From: Saccharofermentans sp.
GTDB taxonomy: Bacteria > Bacillota > Clostridia > Saccharofermentanales > Saccharofermentanaceae
Direction of reading: 5' to 3'
DNA: 64,000 nucleotides
Assembly (NCBI GenBank): GCA_016292135.1
Contig: JAEFAZ010000010.1
Location: 7,560-71,559 of the forward strand
Part shown: positions 24,956 through 34,543 of the stretch, piece after piece
Numbering within the stretch: the stretch's first letter is position 1
Layout: each line of letters starts with the position of its first letter
Notes under the pieces: model-generated
What the model was told of the DNA's origin: nothing
The model's database searches: none
The model's input: only the letters and a program-made list of their open reading frames with translations
Program-made: the position numbers and the translations under genes

Positions 24956-27613
24956 TTAATTGTTAGTGAGTGATTTGATCCTGTCATCTATCGATGCATG
25001 CATGTTGCGGTACTTCTCAAGCTTCTCCCTCTCGGCGTTGACGACCTTCTCGGGAGCCTTGGAAACGAATTCCTGATTAGCGAGCTTGCCTTCGACTCTC
25101 TTGATCTCGCCGTCGAGCTTTTCGCGCTCGGCTGCAAGACGCTCGAGTTCCTTGGCAACATCGATAAGGTCTTCCAGAGGGATATAGATCTCGCCGCCGT
25201 CGAACATTGCCGCAACGGCCGTTGAAGGGATACCGGTCTTATCGGACTGAGTCGTGAGATCGGATACGCCTGCAAGCTTTTCGAGGAAAGCCTTGCCGCC
25301 GGTGAACATGTCTGCAACGGCCGGCTCGGATGCAACAACGATGATGCTTGCCTTACGGGAAGGAGCGACATTCATCTCCGCCCTGACATTACGGATAGAT
25401 CTGATCGCGCCGATCAGGGTCTCCATCTGTCTGCCCTCAGCCTTAAACTCAGGGATATCTGAAGCAACGGGCCAGTTGTCGATCATGATCGAATCAGCCT
25501 TGCCGTCTATGACGAGATTATCGAAGATCTCTTCAGTGATGAAGGGCATGAAGGGATGGAGCAGTTTTGCTGCCGTTCCGAGAACATAGTTCAAGAGATA
25601 CATTGCTTCAAGTCTCGTAGGACATTCCTTATCGAAAAGCCTCGTCTTGGATATCTCGATATACCAGTCACAGAAGTCATCCCAGAGGAAATCCACTGTC
25701 TTCTGCAGAGCAACGCCGAAGTCATACTTATCGATGTTGACCGTGGCCTCTGCAACGAGAGTATGGAGCTTATCAAGGATCCACTTGTCTTCCAGAGTGT
25801 AGTTATCGGAGGACACCTTGGAGAAATCAACATCCTCATCAGTATTCATGACAACGAACCTCATGGCGTTCCACATCTTGTTGGACAGGTTCCTTCCCAT
25901 GTTGACCTTGGAAGGCAGATACCTCTGGTCGTTACCGGGAGCATTTCCCGTAACGAGAGCATATCTTAAGGAGTCGGCACCGTATTCTGCGATGACCTCG
26001 AGAGGATCGATACCGTTTCCTAAGGACTTACTCATCTTCCTTCCCTGCTCATCCCTTACGAGACCATGGATAAGAACATCCCTAAAAGGAACTTCGTTCA
26101 TGTGAGCCATACCGGCAACGATCATCCTGGATACCCAGAACGTGATGATGTCATAACCGGTTACGAGCGTACTCGTGGGATAGTATCTTGCAAGGTCATT
26201 CGTGCTCTCGGGCCAGCCCATGGTAGAGAAAGGCCAGAGCGCGGAAGAGAACCATGTATCGAGCGTATCGGGATCCTGACGCATCTCCTTGCCGCACTTG
26301 GGACAAACTGCCTTTTCATCCTTGGTGACAACTATCTCACCGCAGTCATCACAATAGAATGCCGGGATACGGTGACCCCACCAGAGCTGTCTTGAGATAC
26401 ACCAGTCACGGATATCTTCCATCCAGTTGAAATAGTTCTTGTCGAATCTCTCCGGAACGAACTTGATCCTTCCGTCCTTAACACACTCGATGGCAGGCTT
26501 TGCAAGCTCTTCCATCTTAACGAACCACTGTAAGGATACACGGGGCTCGATCGTCGTGCCGCAGCGGTAGCAGGTACCGACGTTATGTGAATAATCTTCG
26601 GTCTTGATAAGATATCCGCCCTCTTCAAGATCAGCAACGATAGCCTTACGGGCTTCGTATCTGTCCATGCCGGCATACTTTGGATAGTCTTCGGTGATCT
26701 TCGCGTCTTCAGTAAGGACGTTAACGACGGGCAGATCGTGTCTTGCGCCTACCTCAAAGTCGTTGGGGTCATGCGCAGGTGTGATCTTAACGACACCGGT
26801 ACCGAATTCGATATCAACATAATCATCTGCAACAACTGGGATCTTACGGCCTACGAGAGGCAGGATGACGTTCTTGCCGATAATGTCCTTGTAACGCTCA
26901 TCTTTGGGATTGACCGCAACAGCGGTATCGCCTAAGAGCGTCTCAGGTCTTGTTGTGGCAAGGTTTACATATCCGCTGCCGTCTTCCAGAGGGTATCTTA
27001 AATGCCAGAAGTGACCTGCCTGGTCCTCATACTCAACTTCCGCGTTGGAGATGGAGGTAAGGCAGTGAGGACACCAGTTGATGATCCTCTCTCCCCTGTA
27101 GATAAGTCCCTGGTTATAGTACTTAACGAAAACTTCCTTAACAGCCTCGGAGCAGCCTTCGTCCATAGTGAAACGCTCACGTGACCAGTCGCAGGAAGAT
27201 CCGATCTTCTTGAGCTGCTCTACGATCCTTCCGCCGTACTGTTCCTTCCAGGCCCATGCTCTCTCGAGGAACTTCTCTCTTCCGAGATCTTCCTTGAAGA
27301 TGCCTTCTTTTCTCATCTGCTCAACGATCCTGGCTTCAGTTGCGATCGATGCGTGATCGGTACCGGGAAGCCAGAGAACCGAATATCCCCTCATCCTCTT
27401 GTAACGTGTAAGTATATCCTGGAGAGTATTGTCCAGGGCATGACCCATGTGAAGCTGGCCGGTTATGTTCGGCGGGGGCATTACGATCGAAAAAGACTCT
27501 TTGGAAGGATCCTCGTCCGGCTTGAAATATCCGGCACTCATCCAGCGCTTGTAAAGTCTTGATTCTGCCTCTACGGGATCAAAGCTCTTATTGATGTTGT
27601 CTATGCGTGCCAT
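24956..27613 (-). CDS. valS: Valyl-tRNA synthetase
   Basis: PPPNITGQLHMGH, WCISRQLWWGH, KMSKS, C-terminal coiled coil. Confidence 0.98.
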   Translation of the reverse strand: MARIDNINKSFDPVEAESRLYKRWMSAGYFKPDEDPSKESFSIVMPPPNITGQLHMGHALDNTLQDILTRYKRMRGYSVLWLPGTDHASIATEARIVEQMRKEGIFKEDLGREKFLERAWAWKEQYGGRIVEQLKKIGSSCDWSRERFTMDEGCSEAVKEVFVKYYNQGLIYRGERIINWCPHCLTSISNAEVEYEDQAGHFWHLRYPLEDGSGYVNLATTRPETLLGDTAVAVNPKDERYKDIIGKNVILPLVGRKIPVVADDYVDIEFGTGVVKITPAHDPNDFEVGARHDLPVVNVLTEDAKITEDYPKYAGMDRYEARKAIVADLEEGGYLIKTEDYSHNVGTCYRCGTTIEPRVSLQWFVKMEELAKPAIECVKDGRIKFVPERFDKNYFNWMEDIRDWCISRQLWWGHRIPAFYCDDCGEIVVTKDEKAVCPKCGKEMRQDPDTLDTWFSSALWPFSTMGWPESTNDLARYYPTSTLVTGYDIITFWVSRMIVAGMAHMNEVPFRDVLIHGLVRDEQGRKMSKSLGNGIDPLEVIAEYGADSLRYALVTGNAPGNDQRYLPSKVNMGRNLSNKMWNAMRFVVMNTDEDVDFSKVSSDNYTLEDKWILDKLHTLVAEATVNIDKYDFGVALQKTVDFLWDDFCDWYIEISKTRLFDKECPTRLEAMYLLNYVLGTAAKLLHPFMPFITEEIFDNLVIDGKADSIMIDNWPVASDIPEFKAEGRQMETLIGAIRSIRNVRAEMNVAPSRKASIIVVASEPAVADMFTGGKAFLEKLAGVSDLTTQSDKTGIPSTAVAAMFDGGEIYIPLEDLIDVAKELERLAAEREKLDGEIKRVEGKLANQEFVSKAPEKVVNAEREKLEKYRNMHASIDDRIKSLTNN

Positions 27614-27653
27614 TTAGCAATAGTCCTTCTTTCGCTTTATATCATTCAAACAA

Positions 27654-27664
27654 AGATTATAACA
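27654..27664 (-). promoter_or_regulatory. Extended -10 promoter (TGnTATAAT) of valS
   Basis: Minus strand ATGTTATAAT about 40 nt upstream of the start codon. Confidence 0.55.
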
Positions 27665-27762
27665 TATTACGCGCGTTTATATAAAGGCGTTTTCTGCTGT
27701 CCGCCTCATTCATGCTGAAGCATCTTTTCGAAAACGGAAAGACCCGGCACGATCCACAAGAT

Positions 27763-27807
27763 AAAAGAGGCTGCCTCTTATGTGAAAAGAACACTTAAGA
27801 GACAGCC
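27763..27807 (-). terminator. Probable terminator after the ROK gene
   Basis: 12-bp inverted repeat ggctgcctctta / taagagacagcc (one G-U pair), then TCTTTT. Confidence 0.6.
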
Positions 27808-27830
27808 CCGGTAACCGGTTAGATGTAAGA

Positions 27831-28778
27831 TCAGATCAGTGACAGCGCACCATATATGATTGAGTCGTCACCCAATGCGGCATTGGCAAACTTGACCGTA
27901 TCCCTGATTGAAGGCATACAGTATCTGTCGACTTCCTTAAGGATCCTCTCGAGGAAGTAATCACCGTTGGCTTCTATGACTCCGCCGCCGTAAACGACCA
28001 TCTCGGGACTGAATGTATTAACGAGATTGCCGGATGCGACTGCCAGATAATGGCATGCCCTGTCGACTGCTTCTATGGCAACCTCATCGCCTGCCTTCAG
28101 AGCTTTCTTGAGAGCTTTGGCCTTGAAAGTGCTGCCTGTGATGGCATCCTCCATCATGGTCTTGCGCCCTCTCGATACCTGCTGCTTTATGTAAGCCGAC
28201 ATACCCTGCTTGGATGAGAATGCCTCAAGACAGCCGCGCTGTCCGCAGTTGCAAAGAGGGCCTTCAGGATCCAGGATCATATGGCCGTATTCAGCTGCTT
28301 TGAACTGGTTGCCCGTATAAAGCTTACCGTCAAGGATCAGGCCTCCGCCCATTCCGGTCCCCACGAACAGGCCGACAACATTCTTGCAGCCCTTGGCAAC
28401 ACCGTATTTGTATTCACCGAGAACACCGAGATTAACGTCGTTTCCGATATGGAAAGGAGCACTGAACTTATCTTCGATCGGCTTTCTGATATTGTAATTT
28501 CTCCAGGGAAGATTAGGCGAAAACAGCACTATTCCCTTGTCCTGGTCGATAACACCGGGAGCTCCTGCGGATATGGCATTTATCTCGTTCTTTTTGATCC
28601 CGGATTCCTTGATAAGCTCCTCCACGGATCTGATGATGACTTCCTCGACATTCTCGGACGAATCACCCTCTTCAGTGGTCTTAAGCTTGATCCTTGCTAT
28701 GATCTCTTTTTTGGAATTGAAAACGGCTCCGAACACTTTCGTTCCGCCGATATCAAGACAGATATTATACTTTGCCAT
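27831..28778 (-). CDS. ROK-family sugar kinase (glucokinase-like)
   Basis: DIGGTK, GNDVN, GTGMGGG, AEYGH, CNCGQRGCLE zinc motif. Confidence 0.9.
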   Translation of the reverse strand: MAKYNICLDIGGTKVFGAVFNSKKEIIARIKLKTTEEGDSSENVEEVIIRSVEELIKESGIKKNEINAISAGAPGVIDQDKGIVLFSPNLPWRNYNIRKPIEDKFSAPFHIGNDVNLGVLGEYKYGVAKGCKNVVGLFVGTGMGGGLILDGKLYTGNQFKAAEYGHMILDPEGPLCNCGQRGCLEAFSSKQGMSAYIKQQVSRGRKTMMEDAITGSTFKAKALKKALKAGDEVAIEAVDRACHYLAVASGNLVNTFSPEMVVYGGGVIEANGDYFLERILKEVDRYCMPSIRDTVKFANAALGDDSIIYGALSLI

Positions 28779-28888
28779 GGATCTCATCCTCCGCCTGATA
28801 GATTATCCTGTCCCGAAAGATACGGATATCCTTATTATACGAGCGATAAAAGACAGTGGCAACCTGATATCTTTTCGATGCGGACATG

Positions 28889-28918
28889 AAAAAGGCAAGC
28901 CCCGGAAGGACTTGCCTT
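28889..28918 (-). terminator. Terminator after clpX
   Basis: AAGGCAAG/CTTGCCTT stem followed by a T-tract on the minus strand. Confidence 0.75.
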
Positions 28919-28939
28919 GATCGATCAGATCATTTAACA

Positions 28940-30274
28940 TCATGCGGGTGATACAGCGGATGTATCATTGGCATCGTTGAACTTGAGATTGTGTGCCTGG
29001 GAAGCGGATTTGGTGCTCTTCTTATAGATAAGAGTAGGCTGTTTTCCCTCGGTAATGCATTCCTTGGTGATGATGCATTCCTTGATCTCTTTCTCTGAAG
29101 GAACATCGTACATGACCTTTCTCATGCAGTCCTCAATGATAGAAGACAGACCTCTTGCACCGGTATTTCTCTCAAGAGCCTTCTCGGCTATGGCACGAAG
29201 CGCATCCTCTTCAAACCTGAGATCGACGCCGTCCATCTTAAGGAGCTTGACGTACTGTCTCACAAGGGAATTCTTAGGTCTTGTAAGGACATTCACGAGC
29301 GCATCACAATCCAGTTTATCAAGGGCAACGGTAACGGGCACACGTCCGATAAACTCAGGGATAAGACCGTATTTCATAAGGTCTTCGGGAAGCACTTCAT
29401 GGAAATATGCGCCTGAGTGCTTTTCTCTTTGAGACATTACTTCGGCGTCAAAACCGAACTTCTTCTCTTCGACTCTCGAAGAAATGATCTCATCGAGCCC
29501 GTCGAATGCGCCTCCGCAAATGAAGAGAATATTTGTCGTGTCGATCTTGATGCATTCCTCGTTGGGGTGCTTGCGTCCGCCCTTGGGAGGAACATTAGCG
29601 ACCGTACTCTCAAGGATCTTGAGGAGTGCCTGCTGAACGCCTTCGCCGCCGACGTCTCTTGTTATCGAAACATTCTCAGTCTTCTTGGTTATCTTATCTA
29701 TCTCGTCGATATAAACGATACCGACCTTAGCTCTCTCGATATCATAATCCGCAGCGATAATGAGATTTAAGAGGATATTCTCAACGTCTTCACCTACATA
29801 ACCTGCCTGGGTAAGGTTGGTGGCATCACCAACGGCGAAAGGAACGTCAAGGATCCTTGCGAGGGTCTGGGCCAGAAGAGTCTTACCTGATCCCGTAGGT
29901 CCCAGCATCAGGATATTGCTCTTGGTTATCTCGGTATCATCTGCAGGGAGATCGGAGAATACTCTCTTATAGTGGTTATAGACCGCAACTGAAAGAGCGA
30001 TCTTGGCTTCATCCTGGCCTTCGACATACTCATCGAGCTTATCCTTGATCTCGTGGGGTGTGATGACGGACGAAGGCTTGATGGAGCGCATCTTGCGCTT
30101 GCGCGATACCTTCTCCTCTTCGGCGACAACGCCGTAGGCCGTGCGGATACAGTCTATACAGATATAGCAGTTGACACCTGAGAAAAGTCTGGGGACCTCA
30201 TATTCTGATTTCCCGCAGAAGGAGCAGCTGATGATATCTCTTTCCATATCAGAACCGTATTTGGAACCTGCCAT
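28940..30274 (-). CDS. clpX: ATP-dependent Clp protease ATP-binding subunit ClpX
   Basis: CSFC..CIDC zinc domain, [28 protein letters not shown] loop, TGARGL. Confidence 0.97.
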   Translation of the reverse strand: MAGSKYGSDMERDIISCSFCGKSEYEVPRLFSGVNCYICIDCIRTAYGVVAEEEKVSRKRKMRSIKPSSVITPHEIKDKLDEYVEGQDEAKIALSVAVYNHYKRVFSDLPADDTEITKSNILMLGPTGSGKTLLAQTLARILDVPFAVGDATNLTQAGYVGEDVENILLNLIIAADYDIERAKVGIVYIDEIDKITKKTENVSITRDVGGEGVQQALLKILESTVANVPPKGGRKHPNEECIKIDTTNILFICGGAFDGLDEIISSRVEEKKFGFDAEVMSQREKHSGAYFHEVLPEDLMKYGLIPEFIGRVPVTVALDKLDCDALVNVLTRPKNSLVRQYVKLLKMDGVDLRFEEDALRAIAEKALERNTGARGLSSIIEDCMRKVMYDVPSEKEIKECIITKECITEGKQPTLIYKKSTKSASQAHNLKFNDANDTSAVSPA

Positions 30275-30374
30275 AAATCACCTCGTATGCAAAAAGCTTC
30301 TTACAACTAAATATTTTATCATTTTTCTTAAATAATCTATAGGCTAAGACAAAATGTAACAAGCCTGTAAATCG

Positions 30375-30409
30375 AAAACGGGACCACCTCAGTTATTGAG
30401 GCAGTCCCG
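30375..30409 (-). terminator. Terminator after tig
   Basis: CGGGACTGCCTCA-ATAAC-TGAGGTGGTCCCG then TTTT. Confidence 0.75.
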
Positions 30410-30430
30410 GATCATGTTTTCGGTTATGGA

Positions 30431-31768
30431 TTACTCTTCTGTTTCAGAAGCTGTTTCTTCAGCCTTTTCTTCCTCAGCGGGAACGGGCTCTGTCTTGACA
30501 GCCTTGGAAGCAAGGTATTCAACGGTCTTTCTGCCGCGGATGGAATCCTTGATCATCTCGTTATCTTCACCGATGGCGTTCTTGATATCCTCAACGCTCA
30601 TACGGTAGCTGTCTGCCATGACCTTGAGTTCTTCCTCATAATCCTCGTCTGTGATCTCGGTATTGATCTTCTCGGCAACTGCCTCAACAACGAGAGAAGA
30701 CTTAACGCGGACTCTTGCCATGGGCTTTAAGGACTCTCTGTACTCCTCCATCGTCTGGCCGATGTAGTTAAGATACATGCCGAGCTCGATGCCCTGCTGG
30801 CTCATACGCATAGCCTGATCCTGTGCCATTGTCTCGATCTCATTCTCGATCATGACATCGGGGATGTCTACTTCAGCGTTGTCGCATACTACACGGACTG
30901 TCTCGTTCTCGAATGCAGCCTTTGCATCCTTCTCTGCCCTCTCCTCTTCCTTCTTGCGGATATCGGCACGGAGCTCGTCGAGTGTATCGAACTCGGATAC
31001 GTCCTTTGCAAACTCGTCATCAAGCTCAGGCATGACCTCAGCCTTGATCGCATTGATCTTTACGTTGAATGTGGCATCAGCACCCTTGAGCTCTTCAGAG
31101 TGATACTCTTCGGGGAACTTGACTTCGATAGTGAACTCCTCACCGTCGTTATGGCCGATGATCTGCTCTTCGAAACCCGGGATGAAGGAGTGGGATCCGA
31201 TCTTGAGATTGTAGTTCTCGCCCTTGCCACCCTCGAATGCGACGCCGTCCTTGAATCCCTCATAGTCGATCGTGACCGTATCGCCTTCTTCTACTGCTCT
31301 GTCGGTGATCTCCTCAAGAGAAGAATTTCTTCTGCGCAGAGCGTCGATGCTGCGGTCGATATCCTCGTCCGTTACCTCACGCTTCATGTAAGGAACTTCA
31401 ACGCCCTCGTAAGCGCCGAGCTTGACCTCAGGCTTAACCGTAACTGTGAGATTATACTTAACGCCATTCTCATCGATAGACTCAACGTCGAGCTCGGGAC
31501 GGGAAACAGGCTTCAAGTCATGCTCCTTGATAGCCTCGGGATAAGCCGTGTTTGCAAGATCTGTGATAGCATCCTCAAGGAGAACGCCCTCTCCGTAGTA
31601 CTGCAGTACGAGCTTGTAAGGAACCTTTCCCTTACGGAAACCGGGAACCTGGAACTTGCCCTTGTTCTTGGAATAAGCCTTCTGCATGGAAGCATCGAGT
31701 TCTTCCTTTGTTGCTTCGAAGTTGATGACGACCAGATTGCCGTCTTTCTTGTCGATCGTAGATGCCAT
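30431..31768 (-). CDS. tig: Trigger factor
   Basis: GFRKGKVP ribosome-binding motif, FKBP domain (FIPGFEEQI). Confidence 0.97.
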   Translation of the reverse strand: MASTIDKKDGNLVVINFEATKEELDASMQKAYSKNKGKFQVPGFRKGKVPYKLVLQYYGEGVLLEDAITDLANTAYPEAIKEHDLKPVSRPELDVESIDENGVKYNLTVTVKPEVKLGAYEGVEVPYMKREVTDEDIDRSIDALRRRNSSLEEITDRAVEEGDTVTIDYEGFKDGVAFEGGKGENYNLKIGSHSFIPGFEEQIIGHNDGEEFTIEVKFPEEYHSEELKGADATFNVKINAIKAEVMPELDDEFAKDVSEFDTLDELRADIRKKEEERAEKDAKAAFENETVRVVCDNAEVDIPDVMIENEIETMAQDQAMRMSQQGIELGMYLNYIGQTMEEYRESLKPMARVRVKSSLVVEAVAEKINTEITDEDYEEELKVMADSYRMSVEDIKNAIGEDNEMIKDSIRGRKTVEYLASKAVKTEPVPAEEEKAEETASETEE

Positions 31769-31851
31769 TATATTTCCTCCATTTATTTAGTTCTTATTAA
31801 CCGAAATAGGATTGTATCACAGCGGACCGCCATAATGCAATCCAAAAAAGC

Positions 31852-32367
31852 TCAGATAACCTCTATCTGAACACCCTTCATAACATCCAAAGCTGCCTGG
31901 TGAAGATCAGGAAAAGCCGAAGCCGTCAGGGCCGAATCGACGATGATTTTCGCCTCAGGAGCGAAAGCCTTGGCCAGCATGGCATTGGAGATAACGCAGA
32001 TATTGGATACCAGACCGCAAAGCTCAACGGATTCATAATTACCCGAAGCGATAAATCCCCCAAGTTCCCTGCTCCCGAATGTAGGCTTTAAGAATGACTT
32101 GCAGCCGGAAAGCGCATCCACGAGGGATGCTGCCAGCTTATGTCCGTCTGTTCCCTCGATACAGTGAACAACAGGGAGATTCTTCCCTTCCTGGGTATCG
32201 AGGTAATCTTCTCCGTGAGTGTCAAGAGTATAAACAACCTCATCACCCGAAGCCTTGTATTCTTCTATCCTTGAGAGGATCCCTGGTATTATGTCACCGG
32301 CACCCTCAAAGCCGAGGCTTCCGTCGATAAAGTCATTCTGCATGTCAACTACTACGAGCAATCTCAT
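31852..32367 (-). CDS. Isochorismatase-family cysteine hydrolase (nicotinamidase-like)
   Basis: VDMQNDF, DTH, HC, K and GLVSNICV catalytic residues. Confidence 0.85.
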   Translation of the reverse strand: MRLLVVVDMQNDFIDGSLGFEGAGDIIPGILSRIEEYKASGDEVVYTLDTHGEDYLDTQEGKNLPVVHCIEGTDGHKLAASLVDALSGCKSFLKPTFGSRELGGFIASGNYESVELCGLVSNICVISNAMLAKAFAPEAKIIVDSALTASAFPDLHQAALDVMKGVQIEVI

Positions 32368-32391
32368 GAGGCACCTCCTTGAAGATGATGA

Positions 32392-32422
32392 TAAAAAAGG
32401 CTGCCACTATCTGTGACAGCCT
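32392..32422 (-). terminator. Terminator after tRNA-Arg
   Basis: AGGCTGTCAC-AGATA-GTGGCAGCCT then T6. Confidence 0.8.
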
Positions 32423-32425
32423 GTC

Positions 32426-32502
32426 TGGCGCGCCTGGCAGAGATCGAATCCACAACCTTCTGATCCGTAGTCAGACACTCTATCCAATTGAGCTACAGGC
32501 GC
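32426..32502 (-). tRNA. tRNA-Arg(ACG), 77 nt, encoded CCA, atypical T-stem
   Basis: GCGCCTG/CAGGCGC acceptor stem, D-arm GCTC-AATTGGATA-GAGT with A20, anticodon arm TCTGA-CTACGGA-TCAGA, T-arm GTGGA-TTCGATC-TCTGC. Confidence 0.93.
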
Positions 32503-32528
32503 ATGTTCATCGGAACCGATGCGCGAAT

Positions 32529-32557
32529 ATATTAATCCTTAATGCCCTAATTGTCAA
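32529..32557 (-). promoter_or_regulatory. Putative sigma-A promoter of tRNA-Arg
   Basis: TTGACA, 17 bp, TAATAT, followed by GC-rich ATTCGCGC. Confidence 0.6.
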
Positions 32558-32573
32558 TAACAACCTATGAACG

Positions 32574-32629
32574 AAAAACCGCCCCGGTCGAAGTAGGGGG
32601 ACTTCAGGATCGGGGCGGTCTTCGGACAG
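32574..32629 (-). terminator. Terminator after the alcohol dehydrogenase gene
   Basis: Long stem ACCGCCCCGATC...GACCGGGGCGGT followed by T5. Confidence 0.75.
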
Positions 32630-32637
32630 ACTGTATA

Positions 32638-33813
32638 TCAGATCATCAAACGGTAGATCTGTTTGATGTCGTCCTCATTCAATTCGACAAAGCCGCGGAG
32701 TTTTCCGTCCCTGCCGTTACCATAGCAAGCCGTATGGGCCAGCTTGTCTATATCCTGCTCGGATCCTCCGAGTTCGGCCAAGGTCTGAGGCATGCCGATA
32801 CTGCGCAGGAAAGCCCTGTATCTTGCGATCCCTTCAAAGATCACTGCCTTGGGATCTTCGGGATCGTCTTCAACGCCCCAGACCCGGGTCGCCCATTGGA
32901 CCAGTCTTGATGTGTCGTGTTCATAGACATAACTTAAGTATGCGGGGAATGTGACAGCCAGTCCTGCACCGTGAGCACAGTCGTAAAGGGCTGACAATTC
33001 GTGTTCTATGTCGTGGCTTATCCAGTCCTGTGATCTTCCGACACCGCAGGAATTGTTGTGAGCCATCATGCCGGCCCACATGATATTAGCCCTCGCTTCA
33101 TAGTCGTCCGGATCTGCGATGACCTTCGGCGACTCTTCGATCATGGCAAGGAGCAAGCCCTCGATCATGCGGTCGGTCGTAACGACATCTTTAGTGTTGG
33201 TAAGATATCTTTCGAGAAGATGGGCCATGATGTCGGTTATACCGCATGCTGTCTGGTAAGGAGGCAGAGTCTGCGTAAGAGCGGGATTGAGGATGGAGAA
33301 CTTCGGTCTTATGAGGTCAGATCCCGTTCCCCTCTTGTACATGCCTTCCTCTTTGGTGATAACCGAATCTCCGGATCCTTCACTTCCTGCAGCAGCAATC
33401 GTGAGGACGGTACCTACGGGGAGAGCCATAGTGATCGGCGTTCCGCTGTAAAGGTCCCAGAAGTCGCCGTCATAAAGAGCACCGGCTGCGATAGCCTTGG
33501 CTGAATCGATAGAACTTCCGCCGCCTGCGGCAAGGATAAAATCGACACCCTGTTTTCTTACGATATCGATACCCTCATACACAAGTCCGCTCCTGGGGTT
33601 CGGCTTGACACCTCCCAGTTCAACACAGTCGATACCTTCCTTTGCAAGGCTTTCCTTGATCCTGTCGAGAAGGCCCGACTTCTTGGCAGAAGATCCGCCG
33701 TAATGAAGGAGGACCTTTGAACCCCCGAATCTTCTGACGAGCTCGCCTGCCCTGCACTCGCTGTCTTTTCCGAAAGCGAAAAATGTGGGACTGTAAAATG
33801 TAAAATTATCCAT
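32638..33813 (-). CDS. Iron-containing alcohol dehydrogenase (BdhA/YqhD-like)
   Basis: GGVKPNP, GGGSSIDSAK, AAGSE, HLLERY, HDIEHELSA, HGAGLA. Confidence 0.9.
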   Translation of the reverse strand: MDNFTFYSPTFFAFGKDSECRAGELVRRFGGSKVLLHYGGSSAKKSGLLDRIKESLAKEGIDCVELGGVKPNPRSGLVYEGIDIVRKQGVDFILAAGGGSSIDSAKAIAAGALYDGDFWDLYSGTPITMALPVGTVLTIAAAGSEGSGDSVITKEEGMYKRGTGSDLIRPKFSILNPALTQTLPPYQTACGITDIMAHLLERYLTNTKDVVTTDRMIEGLLLAMIEESPKVIADPDDYEARANIMWAGMMAHNNSCGVGRSQDWISHDIEHELSALYDCAHGAGLAVTFPAYLSYVYEHDTSRLVQWATRVWGVEDDPEDPKAVIFEGIARYRAFLRSIGMPQTLAELGGSEQDIDKLAHTACYGNGRDGKLRGFVELNEDDIKQIYRLMI

Positions 33814-34543
33814 AATTCTCCTCCACTGCCTTAACGGCTTCTTCAATCGTCATTCCTTTATAATCCTGAGCCCTGAAGATCCTTCCCGAACGCTTGTCAT
33901 CAAGAAACGCTCCCAGCACAACGCCGGGTATGGCACTCTCCGGACTGTTCGGGGCATTGGGTCCTCCCAGATCGGTCCTGCACCAGCCCGGATCTGTAAG
34001 GTTGATCATCACGTCCGAACCTTCAAGCTTAGATCCCAAGTCTTTTGTAACCTTGTCCAAGGCAGCTTTCGCCGCAGAATATCCCGCCTGTTCCGGCTCC
34101 CTGTCTATACCGCTTGTCGTATTTACGATCCTGCCGAAACCGCGTTTTTCCATAAGCGGAAGAAAATGGTAGCAGATCATCATGGGTGCAGTCGTGTTGA
34201 TAAGGAAACTGACCGTGTAATCATCTGCCGGAGTATTGTAATAGTCATTCCTGTACGCGATCTGATAACCTGCGTTGTTAAGCACGATGTCAACATCCAC
34301 ACAGGCAGAGTCGATGCTCCTCAACATCTTTTCGACCTGGAGAGGATCCTTGAGCTCTGCTTCGACCGACAGGACCTCCACGCCGAGCCTTTTTATCTCG
34401 AGCTCTACCTGCTCAAGGTGCGACAATCTCCTGCCGTGCAGGATGATGTTGCATCCCCTCTGCGCGAGAAATACCGCTGCCAGTCTCCCGAGACCTCTTG
34501 AAGCTCCGGTCACAAGAGCCCATCTGCCCTTGACATCAACCAT
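33806..34543 (-). CDS. Short-chain dehydrogenase/reductase
   Basis: TGASRGLG, NNAG, YSAAK. Confidence 0.9.
   Translation of the reverse strand: MVDVKGRWALVTGASRGLGRLAAVFLAQRGCNIILHGRRLSHLEQVELEIKRLGVEVLSVEAELKDPLQVEKMLRSIDSACVDVDIVLNNAGYQIAYRNDYYNTPADDYTVSFLINTTAPMMICYHFLPLMEKRGFGRIVNTTSGIDREPEQAGYSAAKAALDKVTKDLGSKLEGSDVMINLTDPGWCRTDLGGPNAPNSPESAIPGVVLGAFLDDKRSGRIFRAQDYKGMTIEEAVKAVEENYG

Noticed and set aside
32368-32640. tRNA as an integration site or island boundary
   Set aside because: No integrase, no duplicated tRNA 3' end seen, no evident composition shift
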